DNA of 64,000 nt from a virus, in the IMG/VR virus record IMGVR_UViG_3300025646_000015, positions 37,269 through 101,268 of that record; one strand, written 5' to 3'. Positions 26,443-36,062 of this stretch are shown here, piece by piece. The position numbers were made by a program, and so were the translations under genes. Within the stretch, counting starts at the first letter, position 1; the number at the start of each line of letters is the position of its first letter. Below the pieces are notes generated by a model that saw nothing but the letters and a program-made list of their open reading frames with translations, searched no databases and had not been told where the DNA came from.

Positions 26443-28894
26443 TTTTTTTGATTTGATCTAATGTTATTTTGATATTGGAAGAAGAATCTTTTATAATCAT
26501 TTTAGATATTATTTTTTCAATATTTTTTTGAATAATATTTTGAATTGGTCTAGCCCCCAAGTTTGCATCAAAAGCTTTTTGAGAAAGAAAGTCAATACAT
26601 TCCGAATCCAAGGTAACTTCAATTTTATACATTTTTTTGATTTTTCTAATCAACTTTGATATATTTTTCTTTGTGAGAAATTTAATTTGCTCTAAAGAAA
26701 ATGTATTGAATAGCAATATATCATCGATTCTATTAATCAACTCGGGTTTAAGTGTTAATTCAACTTCCTTCATGACGCTGTCTGATACAGAATGTTCTTG
26801 TTTCATGAAACCTACTGCTTGTTTTTGATGATAATGTTTAGCTCCGATATTGCCTGTCATTATAACAATGCAATTTTTAAAATTAGCATTTTTCCCAGAC
26901 TCATCTGTAAGCCTTCCTTCTTCTAGAATTTGTAAGAGAATATTCAAGACATCAGGATGAGCTTTTTCAATTTCGTCAAATAGTAAAACCGAATGAGGTT
27001 TGCTTTTGATTTTATCAGTTAAAGATCCTGATTCATTATATCCTATGTAGCCTGGCGCCGAACCTATTAATCTAGATATGTTAATCTTTTCTGAGTATTC
27101 TGACATGTCTAAATGAATTAAATGATTAGATCCACCAAAGTAAGTTTCTGCCAAATGTTTTGCTAAGAAAGTTTTACCTACTCCTGTAGGGCCCAAAAAA
27201 AGAAAAGATCCTAGCGGTTTATTGGAATTTGTTATTCCAAGTTTAGACCTTAGAATACATGAAGAAACAACTTCGCACGCATGATCTTGAAATAAAACTC
27301 CTTTTGATAAATCATTTTCGAGATTTAATAAGAAGCCCTGTTCGTCTTTGTTGATTTTTCCTATTGGAATCTTACAAGAACTAGAAACAACTTCAGCTAT
27401 TTCTTTTTTTGTTATAAAATTAATTTTAGATTTAATTCTATTTTTCCAATTTTTAAATTTCCTTTCGTGGATTTTTATTAATTTATTCTGTTGATTTCTG
27501 AACTCTTTTTTTAGTGCAGGATGTTGATCTTCCTGCGACATAAGAAACTCTAATTTTTCTTCAATTTCCAAAATTTCTTTTGGTTTAGATGAATTTCTTA
27601 TTTTGGCCCTAGCTCCAGCTTGATCAATTATGTCAACCGCTTTATCTGGCAACTGTCTGTCATTTATATACTGAACAGATAAGTCGATAGCAAATTGAAT
27701 AGCGTTTTTTCTATATTTAACATTGTGAAATTTTTCATAATAACCAATGCTTTGATTGATAATTTCGAAGCTTTGGTTTGCAGTAGGCTCATCAATTAAA
27801 ACTTTTTCAAAACGACGTTCTAGTGCAGAATCTTTTTCAAAAGATTTTTTATACTCACTGGGGGTTGTGGCCCCAATGCATCTAATCTTATTTCTAGCTA
27901 ATGCTGGCTTCAAAATATTTGCAGCATCTAAAGATCCTTCTGAAGCCCCCGCTCCAATTATGGTATGAATTTCATCAATAAATAAAATTATATTAGGATC
28001 TTTTTCGACATAATTAATTAAAGACTTCAATCTTTCTTCAAATTGACCCCTAAATTTAGTTCCTGCAATTAATGCAGTAAGGTCTACTTCTAGGATTTTT
28101 TTTGAACTAAGAAACTCTGTGCATTGATTGGCGGCAATAAGCTGAGCCAATCCTTCTATAATTGTTGTTTTTCCTGTGCCAGGAAGGCCTATTAATATAG
28201 GATTATTTTTGTTTCTTCTACATAATATTTCAGAAATTTGAGAAATTTCAAAATCCTTTCCTATCACTTTGTCGAACAAGGAATCTCTTGCCATTTTTAT
28301 ATAATCCTTCGTGAATGAAGTTATAGAATTTTGAGATAAAGGCGGTCGAGGATCATCAATGGATTCTTGGTCAGCTTGATTTTCATTAATTTGTCTATAG
28401 GGTCTTACTTTAGGAAGAGTCATCTCATTTGTATTTGAGAAATTTAACAGTGCCGCCTCCAGAAAACCTTTTATATTTAGATTAAAATCTTTTAAAAAAT
28501 TTGAAATGATCGTATCTTTCGTATTTAAGAAAATAAAAAAAAGATGCTCGACACCTATGTAATCATGAGAGAATTTCTCAGAAAGATCTTTGGCTTTTCT
28601 AAAAATTTCCAGATAATCTTCGCAAAAAGATAATTTTAATTGAGGAGTTTTTTGATTAAAATAAATCTTATCCTGAAGTTTTAAAGAATTAATCTCTCCA
28701 CTCATGTATGATTTAAAATCTTCTATAGGGACATTTATATATGTAAAAAAATTCTCTATAAAAAAATGAGAGGATTCTACAAAGCCTATTAATAAGGAGT
28801 CTAAACAAATGGAATTGAACCCAAGCTGTTGAGAAACTTTCTTCGAGAAAGAAATTAAGTGCTGCGCCCTTGGCGTTAAATTAAATTTATTCAT
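26432..28894 (-). CDS. clpC: ClpC/ClpA-type AAA+ unfoldase
   Basis: Clp_N repeats, Walker A GLPGTGKT and GPTGVGKT, Walker B LFIDEIH and LLFDEIEKAH, short M-domain, VGF ClpP-docking loop. Confidence 0.9.
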   Translation of the reverse strand: MNKFNLTPRAQHLISFSKKVSQQLGFNSICLDSLLIGFVESSHFFIENFFTYINVPIEDFKSYMSGEINSLKLQDKIYFNQKTPQLKLSFCEDYLEIFRKAKDLSEKFSHDYIGVEHLFFIFLNTKDTIISNFLKDFNLNIKGFLEAALLNFSNTNEMTLPKVRPYRQINENQADQESIDDPRPPLSQNSITSFTKDYIKMARDSLFDKVIGKDFEISQISEILCRRNKNNPILIGLPGTGKTTIIEGLAQLIAANQCTEFLSSKKILEVDLTALIAGTKFRGQFEERLKSLINYVEKDPNIILFIDEIHTIIGAGASEGSLDAANILKPALARNKIRCIGATTPSEYKKSFEKDSALERRFEKVLIDEPTANQSFEIINQSIGYYEKFHNVKYRKNAIQFAIDLSVQYINDRQLPDKAVDIIDQAGARAKIRNSSKPKEILEIEEKLEFLMSQEDQHPALKKEFRNQQNKLIKIHERKFKNWKNRIKSKINFITKKEIAEVVSSSCKIPIGKINKDEQGFLLNLENDLSKGVLFQDHACEVVSSCILRSKLGITNSNKPLGSFLFLGPTGVGKTFLAKHLAETYFGGSNHLIHLDMSEYSEKINISRLIGSAPGYIGYNESGSLTDKIKSKPHSVLLFDEIEKAHPDVLNILLQILEEGRLTDESGKNANFKNCIVIMTGNIGAKHYHQKQAVGFMKQEHSVSDSVMKEVELTLKPELINRIDDILLFNTFSLEQIKFLTKKNISKLIRKIKKMYKIEVTLDSECIDFLSQKAFDANLGARPIQNIIQKNIEKIISKMIIKDSSSNIKITLDQIKKNEK

Positions 28895-31464
28895 TTAATA
28901 TCTGAGAGTTTCATATAAATTTTTTCGTCAATTATTGACAGATCATCAATAAAAATAACGTCATCTCCTTTGGATCCTGTTAGTATTACAATATTGTTTT
29001 TTTCTGGAATAGTATTTCTTGATTTAAACTTTTTTAACTTTTTATCTCTTCCGTCAACAAGTATAGCATTAAAAGATCCTAATTCATCAGAGATAACAAG
29101 TTTTAAATAATCATTATTTTTCCTGCTTTTTCCACTAAAAGAATCTTCTACGACTCCTATGTATTTTGATTTGTAGCCATTTTCATAAGAAAGAAGATCT
29201 AGGGAACTAGAAAACTTATGAGAAGAACCAAAACATTTTCCTAATGTGGTACTATAGCTAAATCCAAGAAGTTTAGTTTCAAAAAACCAATTAGCAAAAT
29301 CTTCATATTGTTTATTTTTATCATATATAGTTTTGTAATTTTTATATTTAGATTTAAGTGTTTCAAATCTAGAAGGCTTCATTATAGGCTTATTGTCATC
29401 GCCTATTAAATTGCCTTTGACCGCATGATCAATAGCTTTCAATATGTCAAAATCATACCGATCTCCGAGTTTATAAAAAATACGTTTTTCTCTATCTGTA
29501 AGAAGATTAAATACTTGTGCTTCAAGAACTAATCTAGCTCTACTTGTTTGATTTGAAGAAAGAGCTCCTGCTTGTATTAAAGATGAAAGTATTCCAATGT
29601 TTAAACCTGCAGTTTTAGCAGAAAGAAATGTATCAAATTTATTAGGATTGTCTGAATTTATAAAATCCCTTAAAGACGTGAGAGATTTTTTATTAATGCC
29701 CTTTATGCTATTCAGTCCATATCTTATATGATTACCCTCTATAGAGAAATCCATCTGTGATTTAGACAAATCTGGAGGCAATAATTCAATATTAAAAAAG
29801 GGTAATTCTTGCGAAATTTTTTTAATCTCATCTTGTGGGGATGGCTCATATTCAGTCATTTTTAATAAACTTAAAAAGAATTCCTTAGGATGATTGAATT
29901 TAATGAATGCAGTCCATGCAGATAGTATTGAATAAGATATTGAGTGACTTTTATTGAAAGAATAGTTTGCACTATCTTCAGCCACTTTCCAAAAAGAATC
30001 CCCTATTGAGGAATCAAGATTATTCTCTTTTATCTTATCGGAAATTTTATCTTTCCATTCTTTCATTTTATCCACCCTTTTCTTGCCAACTATTCTCCTA
30101 AGCTGTTCTGCCTCGTCCAAGTTGAATCCAATTTTTACAGCCATTTTCATTAACTGTTCTTGATACAAAGGTATGCCGCCAGTATAATCCAAAACATCAT
30201 CGAAGAAATGATTGATAGATTGCGCAGATCCTGATTTAACATAATCTTTATAGTTGTCAGCAAAGTCTATCGCACCTGGTCTAGCAATGGCTATTACAGC
30301 ACTTAATTGCTCAAGGTTTTGAGGTCTTATTTTCTTACAGACCGAAAAATTTGCGCCAGCCTCGATCTGAAAAATTCCATGGGGATGCAAGAGGTGCGAG
30401 AAATTAGAATAAATTTTTTCAGAATCCAAAGGAATATCTTCTGGCTTTATGTTCAACAAGGCGCACGAAGAATAAATGGCACTAAGAGTCCTAAGTCCTA
30501 AAATATCAAATTTAACAGTCAACTCTGAAATCCAATGCATATCATAAGAACTTACAATTGAGCCATCATTAGTTTTTTGAAGGGGGCACAAATCAGACAT
30601 TACATTATAAGATATAGCTATTCCCGAAGGATGGACTCCCGAATTTTTCTTGAGCCCTTCTAGTGTTTTAGCTATTTCGTAAACTTCTAAATTGTTTTTG
30701 CAAAAATTTGAAAATTTATCATTATGAGACCTAGCTTTTTCTAGCTTCATGACAACCCCGAATTCTTTAGGTATGTAATCACTAACTAGGTTAGCATCCT
30801 GTTCGGAGAAACTTGCAACTATTTTACAACATTCTTTAATACATAACTTACCACTCAAGGTATTTAGTGTTAAAATTTTACAGGTTCTATTAGGGTATTT
30901 GGATTCAATATAATTTATAACCTTTTGTCTATGTTCATAAGCGATGTCATTGTCTACATCAGCCAAAAGACCTCCGTCAAGAAAAGTAACTCCATCTTGT
31001 ACAGTTTTTTTTGCCCTGCTTCTAGAAACAAATCTTTCGAAATACAAATCATACTTTATTGGGTCTACTTTTGTGACATTAATTAAAAATAAAATCAAAC
31101 TTCCTGCTGCGGAACCTCGACCTGGGCCTGTTGGTATTCTATTTTTATGACAAAAATTTAAAATATCCCAATTCAATAAAATATAGTCTGTAAAACCAAG
31201 ATCATCAATGATATTTAATTCGTAGTCAAGTCTGTCTTGATAAGATTTATAATTATTTTTTCTATAAATTTCTTTGTCTTTAAGACCTTTGTCGCAAATA
31301 AGCCGCAGAAAGTCGGCGTTTGTTATTTTTTCAGAATTTATACCGAATTCTTTATAATAAGATTCATCAATTTTAATTTCTGGCAAACGAACTCCTGGGG
31401 GGACGCAATCTTGATAAGATTGAAAATCATTAAAAAATTGTTTATCTAAATATCTATCTTCCAT
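28891..31464 (-). CDS. dnaE: DNA polymerase III alpha (DnaE), polymerase part without PHP domain
   Basis: GRGSAAGS, FERF, DVDND catalytic aspartates, GVHPSG, KFDILGL, YQEQ, FNKSH, C-terminal OB. Confidence 0.95.
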   Translation of the reverse strand: MEDRYLDKQFFNDFQSYQDCVPPGVRLPEIKIDESYYKEFGINSEKITNADFLRLICDKGLKDKEIYRKNNYKSYQDRLDYELNIIDDLGFTDYILLNWDILNFCHKNRIPTGPGRGSAAGSLILFLINVTKVDPIKYDLYFERFVSRSRAKKTVQDGVTFLDGGLLADVDNDIAYEHRQKVINYIESKYPNRTCKILTLNTLSGKLCIKECCKIVASFSEQDANLVSDYIPKEFGVVMKLEKARSHNDKFSNFCKNNLEVYEIAKTLEGLKKNSGVHPSGIAISYNVMSDLCPLQKTNDGSIVSSYDMHWISELTVKFDILGLRTLSAIYSSCALLNIKPEDIPLDSEKIYSNFSHLLHPHGIFQIEAGANFSVCKKIRPQNLEQLSAVIAIARPGAIDFADNYKDYVKSGSAQSINHFFDDVLDYTGGIPLYQEQLMKMAVKIGFNLDEAEQLRRIVGKKRVDKMKEWKDKISDKIKENNLDSSIGDSFWKVAEDSANYSFNKSHSISYSILSAWTAFIKFNHPKEFFLSLLKMTEYEPSPQDEIKKISQELPFFNIELLPPDLSKSQMDFSIEGNHIRYGLNSIKGINKKSLTSLRDFINSDNPNKFDTFLSAKTAGLNIGILSSLIQAGALSSNQTSRARLVLEAQVFNLLTDREKRIFYKLGDRYDFDILKAIDHAVKGNLIGDDNKPIMKPSRFETLKSKYKNYKTIYDKNKQYEDFANWFFETKLLGFSYSTTLGKCFGSSHKFSSSLDLLSYENGYKSKYIGVVEDSFSGKSRKNNDYLKLVISDELGSFNAILVDGRDKKLKKFKSRNTIPEKNNIVILTGSKGDDVIFIDDLSIIDEKIYMKLSDIK

Positions 31465-32087
31465 AAAAGCTGTTGAAATACATCGTGAGTTTTCTTTACA
31501 TCATATAATGCGTCATGCAACAAATTTGGATCAAATTCTATTTTGAAATCTTTACATAATTGTTGCAAGTTAGTTTTTATACCCTTTTTTCTATAATTTA
31601 AAAGTTTGTATTGCCAGCTTATCATGTCCGAATCATTCTTGTATTCAATTTTGTTTTTAAATGATCTAGCTAAACAATTAGTATCAATTATCCTTGGAAG
31701 ATAAGAATAGTTTGAGCCAAGCCCGAGAAGTCTTCTATGAATGTTATGTATATAAACATCAAAACCAAGTATATTGTGACCTACTATTATATAGTTGTTA
31801 TTATATATAAATTTTTCAAATTCATTGAGGGCCGATCTAGGGCAAACTTTAAATTTGTCATATTTTTTTTGAGAAAAACCTGTTACACGTTTGGCTCCAT
31901 CTGAAATATTTAAATCGTCCCAGTCTATATAAAATTCTTTTTCCTCTATAATCTTATCTCCTTGTGTTACAATAAAAGCCAATTGCCAGGGTTTGTTTTT
32001 AAAACTACCTAAATTTAAGTTGCAGGTTTCATAATCAAAAAATATGTATTTTTGATTTTTTTTAAATCTTAATAAATTCTCATTCAT
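31446..32087 (-). CDS. dnaQ: DEDDh 3'-5' exonuclease (DnaQ/epsilon-like)
   Basis: FFDYET, GHN..GFD, IDT, HDALYD; start moved to ATG 32087. Confidence 0.85.
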   Translation of the reverse strand: MNENLLRFKKNQKYIFFDYETCNLNLGSFKNKPWQLAFIVTQGDKIIEEKEFYIDWDDLNISDGAKRVTGFSQKKYDKFKVCPRSALNEFEKFIYNNNYIIVGHNILGFDVYIHNIHRRLLGLGSNYSYLPRIIDTNCLARSFKNKIEYKNDSDMISWQYKLLNYRKKGIKTNLQQLCKDFKIEFDPNLLHDALYDVKKTHDVFQQLLWKIDI

Positions 32088-33040
32088 ACTTCGTAGTATT
32101 GGACTTGATTCAAGGCATCTATTTGATTTCCACCAGCATAGCTTATAGAGCTTTGCAAGTCTTGAGTTATTTCCAAAAGTTTTTGACCAACAGTCATATT
32201 GTTGCAAGCTATGTTTGTTAGCTTACCTTCTATATTATTATTATGACCTTTGTTTTCTGCGCTTGCAGATCCAAAATATGCTTTATGAGAAATATTATCA
32301 ATAGAACTTTCGATAGCTGGACTATCAATACATGCGGCAAATAAACCTCCAGCCATAACCATTGTCGCTCCAGCAACTATTGCCTTTGCTATATCTCCGT
32401 TACATTTTATTCCACCATCCGCAATAACAGGAACACGGTATCCATCATCTATAACATTAGAACACTTTTCAACGCAAGTAAACATTGGCATTGTGAACCC
32501 TGTTTTGTCTTTTGTTGTACATGGGGAGCCTTGACCTATGCCAACTTTTACGGCATCTGCTCCCCAATCATAAAGTTGCCTTACAGCTTCTGGCGTTGCA
32601 ACGTTTCCAGCTATAACATTAGTTCGAGGAAAATGTTTTTTAACATGGTTAATTGTATTATGCATTCTTTTACAATGTCCATGGGCGATATCAATTGTTA
32701 TGAAATCAATTCTTTGTTTAAGCTTTGCAAGAGCGAGTATATCTTTTTTGTCGGAAATTTTCACGCCCATACTAACAGAAATGAGAGGCCATCTTTCTTC
32801 ATTCATTTGAATAACAGTATCTTTAAGGGAGTTACCAAATCGATGCATGATATAAAAATAACCATCATTAGCCAAATTCCTAGATAAATCCATATCTATA
32901 ACTGATTTCATATTGGCGGGTATAATTGGTAGCATAAATTCCCTAGCACAGAACTCTACAGAGGGATCGCAATCAACTCTACTATGAACCTCGCTATAAT
33001 TAGGAATTAAACAAATGTCTGAATATTTAAGAGCTTTCAT
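32084..33040 (-). CDS. guaC: GMP reductase (GuaC type 2)
   Basis: PANM, YIMHRF, IDIAHGH, AGNV, KVGIGQGSPCTT, ADGG, LQSSISYAGG; start ATG 33040. Confidence 0.9.
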   Translation of the reverse strand: MKALKYSDICLIPNYSEVHSRVDCDPSVEFCAREFMLPIIPANMKSVIDMDLSRNLANDGYFYIMHRFGNSLKDTVIQMNEERWPLISVSMGVKISDKKDILALAKLKQRIDFITIDIAHGHCKRMHNTINHVKKHFPRTNVIAGNVATPEAVRQLYDWGADAVKVGIGQGSPCTTKDKTGFTMPMFTCVEKCSNVIDDGYRVPVIADGGIKCNGDIAKAIVAGATMVMAGGLFAACIDSPAIESSIDNISHKAYFGSASAENKGHNNNIEGKLTNIACNNMTVGQKLLEITQDLQSSISYAGGNQIDALNQVQYYEV

Positions 33041-33773
33041 ATTTAGTATAATCTTCAAAACAGAATTTATTACTAGAGCAATGTTCTAGATTAGGACTTT
33101 CTAGAGAAACAGATTTTGAGGAAAAATTCCTATTGCAAATACATTTATAGGATTGATATGCTTCAAAATCATTATAGTTTTTATAAAAGATGCTTTTGCA
33201 ATTCATTAAATTAAATGAATTATTATTGCAGTATTTTAAGACCGAACCTTTAATTAGATCATCAAAAGGCAAATCATTGGATTCTATTAAAAATGTAGGG
33301 TTAAAGAAAGAAAGATCAACAAAAACGCTAGAGAAAGACATTATGTTTTGATAAATAAAAGAATCGTAAAAAGGTATGAATAGAGATAAATGTTGAGAAT
33401 TCCAAAAATCTTTTAAATCGTTCAATTTTATCACTCCATTATTTTCTAAATTTATATATGTTGATATTTTATTAAGCAATTTACAGCCATTAGAGTTTTT
33501 AGAAAAAACAATTATTTTATGAAAAATTTCACAGTCTTCATCTTCACATAAAGAAATTCTTAAGCCAAAAATAAAATTTATACCTAGATCAATACTGTTC
33601 TTTCTAGCTTCTAGAAAACCGCACATAGTATCCTCAACTAGAAATAATTGATTTAAATTGTTTTCTCTTAGTATATTAAATATATTATTAGGATTTCCGT
33701 TTTCGTAAGAATCTCGATCTATCCTAAGTATACTTTTACCTATTGAAAAATCTGATTTAAATAAAGGTATCAT
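33027..33773 (-). CDS. stand-alone PHP domain of DnaE (N-terminal half of split Pol III alpha)
   Basis: FKSDFSIGKS (degenerate HxHS.YS), ED.M.GF, FIFG.RI, KIIVFSKN..G.K.LNKIST. Confidence 0.75.
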   Translation of the reverse strand: MIPLFKSDFSIGKSILRIDRDSYENGNPNNIFNILRENNLNQLFLVEDTMCGFLEARKNSIDLGINFIFGLRISLCEDEDCEIFHKIIVFSKNSNGCKLLNKISTYINLENNGVIKLNDLKDFWNSQHLSLFIPFYDSFIYQNIMSFSSVFVDLSFFNPTFLIESNDLPFDDLIKGSVLKYCNNNSFNLMNCKSIFYKNYNDFEAYQSYKCICNRNFSSKSVSLESPNLEHCSSNKFCFEDYTKYESS

Positions 33774-33813
33774 TTATGTGCAACATTATAGCACATAAAA
33801 TCTATGTAATCAA
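33773..33813 (-). promoter_or_regulatory. sigma70 promoter with a 9-9-9 inverted repeat around the -10
   Basis: TTGATT-17 nt-TATAAT with TGn extension; TTTATGTGC-N9-GCACATAAA at 33773-33799. Confidence 0.75.
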
Positions 33814-35039
33814 GTCTTTTTTATTTCTACAGTGTATTTGCTTTTAGGCTTATTTTCCTTGTCTAAATTTACAGAAGGAGCACTGTTACTTTCAGCCTCT
33901 TGAATATTTCCAAAATCTTTTTTTTCTTTTTTAAAAAAATTATTAAATTTTTTTTTAATATCTATTCTTTCAGGAGCAGGATCGACTCTATTATTTATAC
34001 TCATGCTAAATGCACAAATAATCATAACAATAGCTAGGGGGTCAAAAACAACTATAATGAGCATTATTACTAGCCGAACTGAAGTTCCGCTATCAAATTT
34101 AGGTCCACCAAAATCATAAATTAATTCTGATATGTATTTAATTGGACCAAGTTCGTTATCTATTATTAGTTGTTTATTTTCCAGTTCAAACTTGCGATTA
34201 TTTAAATTATTTATTAAAGAAAGAGAGTCTTTTATTTTTAGTTCTTGTGCGTCGAGAAAAGATAAATCGGACTCACTAATTTCAACTTTTTCTGATTGAA
34301 GAGAAGAAATTTTATTCCTAATCAAAGTTGATTCGGATTTAGAATTAGAACGAGATTTTAAAATCAAATCATCTAGGTTAGATATTTGAGAGTTTATAGA
34401 AGTTCTTTCTTCTGACTGTTGATCTTGCAATTTTTTAATTTTACTTTCAGTGCTTGAGAAAAATCCACCCTTCTGCGCTCTTAAAATAGCAACCTCTGAG
34501 TCAAGCTCTCTTATTCGATCTCTTAACTTATCTATTTTATTGTTTAAATCTAATATTTCCTGATCTGATCTAGAGTTTATAAACTCTATATCTTTCAATA
34601 ATTGATTTTTAATATCTTCATTTTTGTTTTCACTATAAAAAACGCTTGATTTTTTTTCTTCTATTATTTTCTTATATCTTTCTATAGATTCATTTTCAAA
34701 TTTTATTTTGCGATCTATTTCAGAAATTTCTTGCGTGGCAAAAGTTGAACTAGCATTATGTTCTATGTGTGATTTACTAAGAAATCCGAAAATACCCATG
34801 CTGGTTATGAACATTAGAATAACTACAGCTAAAGATAGGTAGAATTTAGTTAATCTAGAAATGAAACCCCAATTTTGATGAACCCATACAGCCACAATAA
34901 TTTTAGCTAATTCAAGGGCTGTTGCCATCACAACAATAGAAAAAATAGATCCAGGGAAGATTGCAGATAGTCCTATTATGCTAAAATACGCAGCAATTGA
35001 AGACAGCGATAATGCTGAAGCCATCAGCAAGAATTTCAT
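33810..35039 (-). CDS. conserved phage membrane protein with long coiled coil
   Basis: AAYFSI.GL, LE.AK, ITSMGIFGFLSK.H, GPIKYI, IIVVFDPLA motifs. Confidence 0.75.
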   Translation of the reverse strand: MKFLLMASALSLSSIAAYFSIIGLSAIFPGSIFSIVVMATALELAKIIVAVWVHQNWGFISRLTKFYLSLAVVILMFITSMGIFGFLSKSHIEHNASSTFATQEISEIDRKIKFENESIERYKKIIEEKKSSVFYSENKNEDIKNQLLKDIEFINSRSDQEILDLNNKIDKLRDRIRELDSEVAILRAQKGGFFSSTESKIKKLQDQQSEERTSINSQISNLDDLILKSRSNSKSESTLIRNKISSLQSEKVEISESDLSFLDAQELKIKDSLSLINNLNNRKFELENKQLIIDNELGPIKYISELIYDFGGPKFDSGTSVRLVIMLIIVVFDPLAIVMIICAFSMSINNRVDPAPERIDIKKKFNNFFKKEKKDFGNIQEAESNSAPSVNLDKENKPKSKYTVEIKKT

Positions 35040-35293
35040 TAAGGATCTCTTGGTTTAAGTGAGTTGAATAAATCTTGCTCAATTCGAATTGCTTTGGCCA
35101 ATTCTTGTGGATCAGGATTATACTTGTTAAGGTTATATTTCAGATAAAATAAATCTGATTTTAAATATTTTTCAAAAGCTAAATAGTTGCGAACATCAGG
35201 CCTTACTTTAAGCGGGGATATTTTAAGATCTTTTAAGTCGCTTTTTGAAGTTTTTACAACATAAACTTCTTTCGTATTATTTCCGTAACTCAT
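35039..35293 (-). CDS. hypothetical protein
   Basis: TAATG-coupled in operon. Confidence 0.55.
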   Translation of the reverse strand: MSYGNNTKEVYVVKTSKSDLKDLKISPLKVRPDVRNYLAFEKYLKSDLFYLKYNLNKYNPDPQELAKAIRIEQDLFNSLKPRDP

Positions 35294-36060
35294 TAATAGT
35301 TAAAACTAATTCCAAACCATGCTCCGTCTACGACATCAGTGGAGTTGACGAAAGTCATTTTCTCTCCAATCGTTTCGATATCAGCTGGAAAATACGAAAG
35401 AGTACTTTTGTTAACATGTCGCTTAACCAGCTCTTTTGCTTCGTCAGTCATGAAACCATAGGCTACTCCAATAGCATATGTTACGCTAAAATCCTCGTAC
35501 TCTTTGAAAACATTAAATGAAAGACTTGCACCACATCCTCCGTCTCTCTCACCAAGAGAAAGGCCTAAATCCTGCTCCGTTACAGTTACCCCGCTGCTTG
35601 AAGTTCCGTTACTATATGTTTGAGTATTGGTAGTATAAGTCGTCTGAGTTCTTTGATTTGCCTCGTAAATTTTGCCTGCAGTAAAACCAAGAATTAAGGA
35701 AAATGATCGATCCCTGTATTCCACACCTTCTCCACGAAGCCAGGATAGCTGAGCTAAATCAATGGAGTATTTTTCTCTAGGAGCCCATTCTATGCCAGTT
35801 GTCTCTGTGCTAATCTCGGTAGCAGTGGTTGCAAATTCGCCCACTATAGTTGGGGTTGCTTTTATTACTTGTAAAGATTGGGCGTTAGTACTATTTGTTC
35901 CACTAGTGGTCTCAGAAACACTTTCTACTACTGGTGTGATTTGAAGTTCAGAAGAGACCTTTAAGACACTATCGGAAATGTTTTTGTTGATCTCTATTAT
36001 CGTTGTGATAGGAGTTACGTTATCTGATTCCTCCCTTGTTCCTCCTGTTGCTCTGCCCAT
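35293..36060 (-). CDS. Thr/Ser-rich hypothetical (probably virion) protein
   Basis: 255-aa ORF with beta-strand-like composition. Confidence 0.6.
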   Translation of the reverse strand: MGRATGGTREESDNVTPITTIIEINKNISDSVLKVSSELQITPVVESVSETTSGTNSTNAQSLQVIKATPTIVGEFATTATEISTETTGIEWAPREKYSIDLAQLSWLRGEGVEYRDRSFSLILGFTAGKIYEANQRTQTTYTTNTQTYSNGTSSSGVTVTEQDLGLSLGERDGGCGASLSFNVFKEYEDFSVTYAIGVAYGFMTDEAKELVKRHVNKSTLSYFPADIETIGEKMTFVNSTDVVDGAWFGISFNY

Positions 36061-36062
36061 AA

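Noticed and set aside
28891-33773. Split intein joining the PHP and DnaE ORFs
   Set aside because: No intein N-terminal block at the end of the PHP ORF and no HN-C/S/T intein end at the start of dnaE were recognisable.
33773-33799. CIRCE element
   Set aside because: It has 9-9-9 geometry, but the sequence does not match TTAGCACTC-N9-GAGTGCTAA and it is not upstream of a chaperone.
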